A stretch of DNA of 64,000 nucleotides from Lachnospiraceae bacterium (GTDB lineage Bacteria > Bacillota > Clostridia > Lachnospirales > Lachnospiraceae): assembly GCA_014804425.1 (NCBI GenBank), contig JAAUZV010000014.1, positions 437,121 to 501,120 of the forward strand, written 5' to 3'. This document shows positions 53,050 to 64,000 of the stretch, piece by piece. Under the pieces are notes generated by a model. That model had not been told where the DNA came from. It did no database searches and was given only the letters and a program-made list of their open reading frames with translations. The stretch's first letter is position 1. The number at the start of each line of letters is the position of its first letter. A program made the translations under genes and the position numbers.

Positions 53050-53151
53050 TCAATTAACTGTCCCTTGGGTACCGGAATCATATTGTTGATATTGACTCAA
53101 ATATTTTATGTAAGAATCCTTCACTCCATATATTCTTATGTTATTTTTCAT
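53050..53151 (-). pseudogene. Truncated toxN/abiQ-like type III toxin gene (33 codons)
   Basis: AAGGAG RBS followed by MKNNIRIYGVKDSYIKYLSQYQQYD. This resembles, from memory, the ToxN/AbiQ N-terminus (MKFYTISSKYIEYLKEFD). A stop follows after 33 codons. Confidence 0.5.
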
Positions 53152-53202
53152 AAAACTCCTTCGTACGCGAGCAAAAACATTCTTTAAATGCCGCATTATC
53201 CG

Positions 53203-53235
53203 ACAGAAAAGGCAGAGACTCAAGTAGTCCCTGCC
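53203..53235 (-). terminator. Rho-independent terminator between the RNA repeats and the toxN remnant
   Basis: Minus strand reads GGCAGGGACT-ACTTG-AGTCTCTGCC followed by TTTTCTGT. Confidence 0.7.
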
Positions 53236-53243
53236 ATCTGCTA

Positions 53244-53315
53244 ACCCGCTCATTTAAGGGCTGTGCATCACCCACTTATAACTCGCTCATTTATAAGGCT
53301 GTGCATCACCTACTA
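53244..53315 (-). ncRNA. Candidate ToxI/antiQ-like antitoxin RNA: two direct repeats of 35 and 37 nt plus a partial third
   Basis: Minus strand has TAGTAGGTGATGCACAGCCTTATAAATGAGCGAGT and TATAAGTGGGTGATGCACAGCCCTTAAATGAGCGGGT, then TAGCAGATGGCA... The order promoter - repeats - terminator - toxin matches type III TA loci. Confidence 0.5.
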
Positions 53316-53320
53316 CATTT

Positions 53321-53350
53321 AGTATACACGATTTTTCTCTAAAAACAACT
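53321..53350 (-). promoter_or_regulatory. Candidate promoter of the repeat RNA (TTGTTT-16-TGTATACT)
   Basis: Minus strand reads TTGTTTttagagaaaaatcgtgTATACT, with an extended -10 TG. Confidence 0.45.
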
Positions 53351-53404
53351 TCTTTTATAAAATTTTTCTTCTTTTTAAATCTCTTCATACTGCAGCAATC
53401 GCAA

Positions 53405-53695
53405 TCACTCTATCCACCTAATGAATCCATCTGTATTCTCTGCTGCTTCCATAGCTTTATCGTAGCTTTCATACTGTCCGGCAGACGCATTGATCCTATC
53501 CGGGTTCAGTATGTCGCTAAAATAAACAGTAAAACATAAACCCTTTTTATCATTGGCTATTTGAGGATCATCTTCATAATCCCCCGTCCCATAGAAGGTG
53601 TCCCCGGCACAAATATAAATATCATAATTTGTTGTTCCCCCATAAATGCCGATCCCCTTTTTCCGAATTGAAGGTTTGATTTCTTCAACCGTCAT
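53405..53695 (-). CDS. Hypothetical 96-aa protein in an AT-rich islet
   Basis: ORF with GGAAAGGGA upstream. No recognisable motif. Confidence 0.45.
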   Translation of the reverse strand: MTVEEIKPSIRKKGIGIYGGTTNYDIYICAGDTFYGTGDYEDDPQIANDKKGLCFTVYFSDILNPDRINASAGQYESYDKAMEAAENTDGFIRWIE

Positions 53696-53752
53696 ATTGA
53701 ATCCCTTTCCAATTTTACAATGGCTGATTTTCGGAAAATCGCCCGCTCCTCT

Positions 53753-54772
53753 TTACTTCGTCGATTCCTTCAGCACCACCTCATACTTAAGCAGCGTTTT
53801 CTTAGAAACCTCTTTTCCCTCAAGATGGTCGAGCAGCGTCCTGCACGTTACCGTGCCGAGCGCCGCCGCATCAAAATGAAGCGAGGTGATGGCGGGAAGA
53901 TTGTTCTCTAACAACGGACTGTTATAAAAAGATGCCACCCGCATATCCTCCGGCACGCTGACGCGATTTTTTTTCAGGGTGTTCAACACTTGGCAGCAGA
54001 TGGAATCGTCCATACAAAGAATACATTCCGCGCCTTTTTTCACGAACTCTGCGACCATCCGCTCCAGCATCGGCCCGTTGTCTGCATCCAGACAGATCAA
54101 AGAGGAATCCACGGGCAGCTCCTGCTCTTCAAACGCATCCAGATAGCCCTGAAGCCGCGTATTCGTAATGACGATCTCCCTGCTGCCGCCGATCAGCGCA
54201 ACCTTATGAAGTCCTTTCATCAACAGCACAGAGGTCAGCTCCCTGCACGCCTCCCTGTGATCATGGTCAATCTGAATCAAATCGGCATCCGACGACGTTC
54301 CGATCACCACGAACGGCATTTGGCGCTGCTTGAGATACGCCGCGGGCGCATCCTCTACCAGCGTCCGGCTTAAAATGATCCCATCCACTTTATTGTTTAA
54401 CACCAGCCGTTCCAACTGCGTAAGATCATGATCGCAGATCATGGACACGACCATATCATAGTCCGCCGCCGCAGCAGCCTCGCTGATCCCGAGCATACAT
54501 TGCTGAAAAAAGGATGAATCTACAAAATTATGATTTCCCGGCAGGATCAGCCCGATGTTATACGTCTTGTTTTGCGCAAGCCCTTTTGCGATCACATTCG
54601 GCTTATAATCATGCTCCTCGATATAGCGCAGCACACGTTCCTTCGTGTCGCTCCCGATGCGGCCTTTCCCGGAGATCACACGGGAAACCGTCGTCTTGGA
54701 AACCCCGAGCGCTTCCGCCACATCGGCGATCGTCATCTTCTTTAATCCCTGCTTCTCCTTTTCCATCGTCAT
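53753..54772 (-). CDS. LacI-family transcriptional regulator
   Basis: ATG at 54772 follows GGAGGT. HTH MTIADVAEALGVSKTTVSRVISG...RVLRYIEEHDYKPNVIAKGL, then a periplasmic-binding-fold sugar domain. Confidence 0.9.
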   Translation of the reverse strand: MTMEKEKQGLKKMTIADVAEALGVSKTTVSRVISGKGRIGSDTKERVLRYIEEHDYKPNVIAKGLAQNKTYNIGLILPGNHNFVDSSFFQQCMLGISEAAAAADYDMVVSMICDHDLTQLERLVLNNKVDGIILSRTLVEDAPAAYLKQRQMPFVVIGTSSDADLIQIDHDHREACRELTSVLLMKGLHKVALIGGSREIVITNTRLQGYLDAFEEQELPVDSSLICLDADNGPMLERMVAEFVKKGAECILCMDDSICCQVLNTLKKNRVSVPEDMRVASFYNSPLLENNLPAITSLHFDAAALGTVTCRTLLDHLEGKEVSKKTLLKYEVVLKESTK

Positions 54773-54833
54773 TTTGTACCTCCGGACAGCATATGATTTG
54801 TCTATTCCGTACATTTCTTTTTATTTCATGATA

Positions 54834-54861
54834 TGCTATAATGCAATTGCGCAATCGGTTG
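54834..54861 (+). promoter_or_regulatory. Extended -10 promoter (TGCTATAAT) with an adjacent candidate LacI operator CAATTGCGCAATCGGTTG
   Basis: The palindrome ATTGCGCAAT (54846-54855) starts 4 nt after the -10 box, upstream of the GH42 gene and divergent from the regulator gene. Confidence 0.5.
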
Positions 54862-54952
54862 TTCAATCGATACCGATCGTCATTCTTATGATAACAATGT
54901 TCTTTTTTATCGTCAATCCTATTTGTACCGGACAAGAAAGGAATAGGACAGC

Positions 54953-59168
<4,216 letters not shown>

Positions 59169-59195
59169 GCAGTGTGATATTTGCTATGGCATATA

Positions 59196-59237
59196 AAGAG
59201 CCGGGAAATACCCTAAGGTATTTCCCGGCTTATTTTC
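59196..59237. terminator. Bidirectional terminator
   Basis: AGCCGGGAAATACC-CTAA-GGTATTTCCCGGCT flanked by an A-tract and a T-tract. Confidence 0.8.
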
Positions 59238-59839
59238 TATCTCCCTTTATATTCCTCATACCGCTTCCTATTCAACCGAAACGTCAAACCGTCGTAGCGC
59301 TCCCCCCGCACCATGCGAATTCCTTCTTTCCTGTCGCATTCTTCAAACCCCATTTTTTCGGCAATATGTATCATTCTTTGATTGCCCGACCATGTCTGCG
59401 TATAAATTTCTTTTACGCCATGCCCCAGAAGATAATCAATAAATAAGGTAAGTGCCTGTCTGCCGAACCCTTTTCCTCTCGCTTCCCCATCCGGTATATC
59501 AATTCCGACCGTACAGTGCCCTTCATCCTCCGTATAGCAATATGCATCGTCGATGTCATAAGCATTCACCCAGCCGATATAACGATTTTCTTCTTTTACG
59601 ACAATTTGAAAAGAGTATCTCATGGCATCGGGCGAAAGGCTTTGACATCGCTCCGCCCAGCCCTGCATCGTATGAATATACTCCTCTAACTCCACACTTT
59701 TTTCTTCTGCCGTAAGCCCCTCATATTCCCATGGCGCGTCCCATAACTGCCACTCCGTCTCATTTTGTTCCCAATCAATTCGCTTTTCAATATCAGATTG
59801 TAAAAAATCCCTTAAGATCAAATCATCATTTTCTAACAT
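59237..59839 (-). CDS. GNAT-family N-acetyltransferase
   Basis: ATG at 59839. GIDIPDGEARGKGFGRQALTLFIDYLL (acetyl-CoA motif). Confidence 0.8.
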   Translation of the reverse strand: MLENDDLILRDFLQSDIEKRIDWEQNETEWQLWDAPWEYEGLTAEEKSVELEEYIHTMQGWAERCQSLSPDAMRYSFQIVVKEENRYIGWVNAYDIDDAYCYTEDEGHCTVGIDIPDGEARGKGFGRQALTLFIDYLLGHGVKEIYTQTWSGNQRMIHIAEKMGFEECDRKEGIRMVRGERYDGLTFRLNRKRYEEYKGR

Positions 59840-59856
59840 ATGCGTACCCTTCCCCA

Positions 59857-61653
59857 TCAAAGATATTGCCCCGCCTGAACCTTCCACATCGCTGCATATT
59901 TACCGCCGTTTGCAAGCAGCTTCACATGACTTCCTTCCTCGATGATCCTGCCGTTTTCCAGCATATAGATCCGGTCGGCGATTCTGGTCGTAGAGAGGCG
60001 GTGAGAGATGAACACGACCGATTTGTGTTCCGCTGCGGAAAGCATCGAATGATTGAGATGATACTCAGCGATCGGATCAAGCGCGGAAGACGGCTCATCC
60101 AAAATGATCAAATTGGCGTCCTTGTAAAACACCCTCGCTACCGCCAGCTTTTGCGCTTCTCCGCCCGACAGATTCACGCCGTCATCCTCAAATTCCGTCG
60201 TCAGGTTGGTGGAAAGTCCGTTCTGCAGCGTTTCCAGACGTTCGGAAAAACCGCTTTTCTCTATGGCAGCCCGAACCGCTTCATCGGCTCCTTTTTCCGC
60301 AAAATCAAGCAGTACATTCTCCTTTACGGTTGCGGCAAAAATTTTGAAATCCTGAAAGACCGTTCCGATCTTTCGGCGGTATTCCTCCACATCATATTCC
60401 TTGATATTTACACCGTCTAAAAGAATTTCCCCCTCATTCGGATCATACAGACGCATGATCAATTTGATCAGTGTGGTTTTTCCCGCGCCATTATAGCCGA
60501 CGATCGCAATTTTGCTGTACGGGTCTATTTTCATACTGATATTTTTCAGAATATATCCGTCGTGATCATTGTATCCAAACGACACGTTTTTCAGTTCGAT
60601 CTCCGTCGGCATTTCGGGCAGCATGCGGTTTTCTTTGCTGATGATCTTCGGTTCGATATTCAGGAAATTCCGCATTTTTTCCACATACAGGCCGATCTCC
60701 TGCATTTGCGGATAAATACCGGAAAACCGATTCATGTTATTTTTCATTCTGTTGACGGCTCCTCTCATTACCGCAACATTGCTGTAGGAAATCCGGTGAA
60801 GGACTACCGCGCTGTATACAAGATAGATCATATACACAACGTCAATAAGGAAGCTGTTGCAGAGATAATCTTTACAAAACTGCTGCCAGAAACGCTTTCC
60901 CGCATGCTTCCTGTCGATGGCAAGGGTACTGTCGTTCGTTTCATCAAAATCCCTTAACATCAAATCCGAAACCTCGGTGTTCAGCCGCACTTCTTTCGCG
61001 TAATCATTCAGATAAAACACACGATTTACATATCCAAGCTTACGCTCATAAGGATTCTTCTCGTTTCGAATGTCGAATTTCAGCCGGTTTAACGCCTTGC
61101 CCGCCCAAAGAGAAGCGATAAAGGAAACCGCAACAAACAAAAAAGAAACCGGATCATTCCCGATAAAAAATGCGCCCGAAAGAAGGATGGCGGTAATACC
61201 CGTGAATATACTTGATAGTACGCCGAACATCCTGTCTGCCTGATTTTCCGCCTCGGAAACCGACAGCACATAATCGTTATAAAATTCCGGGTCATCATAA
61301 CATGCAAGATCAATTTCCTTCGCCTTTTGAAACATCATTTCCTTAATCGCCTGTTTGATCTTCGGCTCGCTTTTCATTTGAATCTTCTGATAAAGAAACG
61401 CGTTAAAGAGCAATCCGAGGACGACAAAGAGGAGCAGACAGACAAGAAAAACTGCCGCGTCCTGAAACGGTCTGCCAAATTCCGCACATTCCAAAACATA
61501 ATTCAGTCCAAATGTAAATTCCATAAATATCACAAATTCGTTTCTGATATGCTCTATGATCATCAGGATGATACAGGCAGGGGCCGCCTTGAAGCAAAGC
61601 TTAAAAAGAAACCAATTGTCTGCAAGAACGCTCTTGAAACCTTGTTTTTTCAT
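59857..61653 (-). CDS. ABC transporter, fused permease/ATPase (exporter half-transporter B)
   Basis: Six-TM domain plus an NBD with GYNGAGKTT, LSGGEAQKLAVAR, ILDEPSSALD and ISHRL. Confidence 0.9.
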   Translation of the reverse strand: MKKQGFKSVLADNWFLFKLCFKAAPACIILMIIEHIRNEFVIFMEFTFGLNYVLECAEFGRPFQDAAVFLVCLLLFVVLGLLFNAFLYQKIQMKSEPKIKQAIKEMMFQKAKEIDLACYDDPEFYNDYVLSVSEAENQADRMFGVLSSIFTGITAILLSGAFFIGNDPVSFLFVAVSFIASLWAGKALNRLKFDIRNEKNPYERKLGYVNRVFYLNDYAKEVRLNTEVSDLMLRDFDETNDSTLAIDRKHAGKRFWQQFCKDYLCNSFLIDVVYMIYLVYSAVVLHRISYSNVAVMRGAVNRMKNNMNRFSGIYPQMQEIGLYVEKMRNFLNIEPKIISKENRMLPEMPTEIELKNVSFGYNDHDGYILKNISMKIDPYSKIAIVGYNGAGKTTLIKLIMRLYDPNEGEILLDGVNIKEYDVEEYRRKIGTVFQDFKIFAATVKENVLLDFAEKGADEAVRAAIEKSGFSERLETLQNGLSTNLTTEFEDDGVNLSGGEAQKLAVARVFYKDANLIILDEPSSALDPIAEYHLNHSMLSAAEHKSVVFISHRLSTTRIADRIYMLENGRIIEEGSHVKLLANGGKYAAMWKVQAGQYL

Positions 61654-63479
61654 GCCCGTGCCTCCTCTTTATAATTTTCATCCGCAAGATAATTCTGCGC
61701 CTGTTTTGTGAACATTTCGCAGTACTTTCCGTTTTGCTCCATGAGCTCCCGGTGGCTTCCCTGCTCGATCACCGTACCGTTTTCCAGCATGAATACCATA
61801 TCCGCGTCCTTTACCGAAGAAAGCCTGTGGGAAATAAACAGCGTGATATGCCCCTTGCTTTCATCCATAATGCCCTTGTAAAGATCATATTCCGCAATGG
61901 GGTCGAGCGCGCTGGAGGGTTCGTCAAATACCTTCACGGAGGCATTCTGTGCAAAGGCTCTCGCCACAACAATCTTTTGCTGTTCTCCGCCCGATAACAC
62001 CGCCCCGTCGCGATCAAATTCTTTTGTCATCATCGTGTTCATGCCGCCCGGCAACGATTGGATCTTATCCCAGACGCCCGCACAGCGAAGCGCGCGCTCC
62101 GCGGTCTCGTCCGGATTTTCAAATTGTGCGCCCATGAGCACATTGTCCCTGACCGACATTGCCATGACCTTGTAATCCTGAAACGCCGCCGAAAATAATT
62201 TTCTGTATGATTTCAGATTGTATTCCCTGATATTTACGCCGTTCACAAGAATCTCGCCGCTCGTCGGATCGTAAAGCCGAAAAAGCAGCTTGATGATCGT
62301 CGATTTCCCTGCGCCGTTATGACCGACCAGCGCACAGACTTTATCGCCCTCGATCCGAAACGACAGATTCCGAATCACGGGATTGTCATTTTTATACGCA
62401 AAGCAGACATTCCTAAATTCAATCGAATGCACTTTTTCTTCCGGAATCATCCCGTCCTGATCTTCGGGAATCGCTTCCCTGTATTCCATAAATGTGCGGA
62501 AGTATTCAAGAAACTGACCGTTTTTCATCGCTTCCATAAAATCATTGAACATCCCGATCAGAATCCACGACGACGTGGACATGGCGGTAAACATGATCGC
62601 AAGCTCCGCAAGCCCCATTGTTTTTGATACGATCGTCCGATATGCGGCATAAATCATGATTCCCTCAAAAACAAGCGCAAACGTCGTAACGTTCTGCGCC
62701 CACGAGTAAAAGATTGCTTTTCCCGCGTACTTGTCCGCGACCTCAGCCTTCCCTTCAACCGACTCACGATAGCGCTTCATCATCAAATCGTGGATGTTGG
62801 AATAGCGAATTTCCTTTGCATATTCCGCAAGATGCATGACACGGTTGACGTACTCCGCCTTGCGGTTGTTTTTCACATTATCTTCATAACGGCCGCCCCA
62901 GATTTTATTCATCAGACCGCCAAAGAAAAAATTACCGATAATGGGAGAGATCACGAACAGAACGGAATAGGGATCTATCAGAAACATGGACGAAAATGCC
63001 ACTGCAGCCGCAATCACACCGAAGATCACCTGAAAGAAAAAATTCACCGAATTCGTCATTTTTTGCGCGGAGCCGTCCAGCGCCGTCGTGTATCTATTAT
63101 AGAAATCAGCGTCTTCGAAGCAGCGCAGCTCCACGTTTCTCGCTTTTGCATACAGCTTGCGGTAAAGACTGCGATAAATCTCATTATCCGTATATGGGAT
63201 CACAACCGAATTCAGATAGCTTTCGTACATCGCAAATAGACTGAACACGACAAAACAGATTCCGATAAAGCCGAGGATCGTCTGAAACGGCGCCTCGGTT
63301 TCAATCGCATTGATCACATACCGCAGAAAAAAGATGCTCATAAAAATCCATTCGACATATCCCACGATCGCATGCACCGCCGTATGTATCACGCGCTTTT
63401 TGCTGATACCCCACACGGTTTTTACCGCATAGGCATTGTTGGCGAACACTCTCGCTTTCCTTTTTTTGTTCCTGCTCAT
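61650..63479 (-). CDS. ABC transporter, fused permease/ATPase (exporter half-transporter A)
   Basis: GHNGAGKST, LSGGEQQKIVVAR, VFDEPSSALD and ISHRL. There is a 4-nt overlap with the partner gene, so a heterodimeric exporter is likely. Confidence 0.9.
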   Translation of the reverse strand: MSRNKKRKARVFANNAYAVKTVWGISKKRVIHTAVHAIVGYVEWIFMSIFFLRYVINAIETEAPFQTILGFIGICFVVFSLFAMYESYLNSVVIPYTDNEIYRSLYRKLYAKARNVELRCFEDADFYNRYTTALDGSAQKMTNSVNFFFQVIFGVIAAAVAFSSMFLIDPYSVLFVISPIIGNFFFGGLMNKIWGGRYEDNVKNNRKAEYVNRVMHLAEYAKEIRYSNIHDLMMKRYRESVEGKAEVADKYAGKAIFYSWAQNVTTFALVFEGIMIYAAYRTIVSKTMGLAELAIMFTAMSTSSWILIGMFNDFMEAMKNGQFLEYFRTFMEYREAIPEDQDGMIPEEKVHSIEFRNVCFAYKNDNPVIRNLSFRIEGDKVCALVGHNGAGKSTIIKLLFRLYDPTSGEILVNGVNIREYNLKSYRKLFSAAFQDYKVMAMSVRDNVLMGAQFENPDETAERALRCAGVWDKIQSLPGGMNTMMTKEFDRDGAVLSGGEQQKIVVARAFAQNASVKVFDEPSSALDPIAEYDLYKGIMDESKGHITLFISHRLSSVKDADMVFMLENGTVIEQGSHRELMEQNGKYCEMFTKQAQNYLADENYKEEARA

Positions 63480-63511
63480 TGGTATCCCCCGTATCAAATT
63501 CTTTTATTCGG

Positions 63512-64000
63512 CTACGCCCCCAGCCGTGATTTTTTATTTAACATGTACCCGCTCACGGCGCCGAGCATGCCGCCGACAATATGCCCCATATGGGAGATAT
63601 TGTCCTTGACGGCAATACCCTCATAAACCTGCTGCCCGATAAAAATCACCGTGACCAGAATGAACGTCAGCGGAATCTCGCCCTCCTCAAATCCGGTAAA
63701 AGAAGCAAGCAGAATAAACGCAAACACAACGCCGCTCGCCCCCAGCAGACCAATATGCGGAAAGAAAATATAATTGATCAGCGCAGGGACAAACGCCGTG
63801 ATCACGATCACCTCAAGCAGTTCCTTCGAACCGTGTTTTTCCTCCAGCATCGGTCCGAGCAGCAATAGATACGACGCGTTCCCGATAAAATGACTCCAGC
63901 CCGCATGTCCAAAGACATGGGTAAAAAACCGAAGATAGGTGAGCGGATTCACCAGCGAGGAATGATAGGTCATAAATAGTAACCGCGTACTTCCCCCCGA
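63512..64000 (-). CDS. Rhomboid-family intramembrane serine protease (probably continues past the right edge)
   Basis: HAGWSHFIGN, GASG (catalytic Ser) and HMGHIVGG (catalytic His). Only 5 TM helices lie downstream of the ATG at 63973. The frame stays open to the window end, so the true start may be outside the window. Confidence 0.75.
   Translation of the reverse strand, partial: SGGSTRLLFMTYHSSLVNPLTYLRFFTHVFGHAGWSHFIGNASYLLLLGPMLEEKHGSKELLEVIVITAFVPALINYIFFPHIGLLGASGVVFAFILLASFTGFEEGEIPLTFILVTVIFIGQQVYEGIAVKDNISHMGHIVGGMLGAVSGYMLNKKSRLGA

Noticed and set aside
53050-53253. 67-aa tracked ORF as a genuine gene
   Set aside because: Its first 34 codons run through the terminator hairpin and have no RBS. 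Only the last 33 codons, with their own AAGGAG RBS, make biological sense, as a toxN remnant.

Overview
Gene-dense 64 kb chromosomal segment that looks like a Clostridia (Lachnospiraceae-like) Firmicute; this taxonomic call is inference from gene content and signal style. GC is about 50% by eye, ribosome-binding sites are GGAGG-type, terminators are of the A-tract/stem/T-tract kind, and roughly 50 of 58 genes lie on the minus strand. The backbone is housekeeping: birA (partial), argF, an NfeD/SPFH pair, proC, a TrmH-family methyltransferase, pfkA, dnaE, a SAM-I riboswitch with metK, murA, dinB, a RelQ-like alarmone synthetase, galE, yggS, nagA and one tRNA-Ala. A galactan-utilisation cluster is also present: LacI-family regulator, GH42 beta-galactosidase, two GH53 galactanases, a GH43 enzyme, plus an unrecognised 612-aa protein with an overlapping zinc-ribbon gene. 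A TetR-MMPL-YhgE/Pip-like operon and a heterodimeric ABC exporter pair complete the ordinary content. No transposase, integrase, CRISPR array or rRNA was seen. Main second-look items: (1) a visibly lower-GC six-gene cassette (LytTR regulator, single-pass GHKL kinase, two ABC ATPases, two ABC-2 permeases) bracketed by identical 27-nt hairpin repeats. (2) An orphan protein with three to four tandem MshEN-type c-di-GMP-binding motifs, a CheX-like domain and a receiver. (3) A decayed type III (ToxIN/AbiQ-like) toxin-antitoxin locus: promoter, about 2.3 RNA repeats, terminator, RBS and a toxN N-terminus cut at 33 codons. (4) A 7 x 18-bp palindrome-containing tandem repeat in a gene leader. (5) A family of stacked REP-like hairpins with a conserved tail motif. 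(6) A tRNA-flanked element remnant, and several candidate operators. All functional calls come from my own reading of the translated ORFs and motifs; no database search was run.
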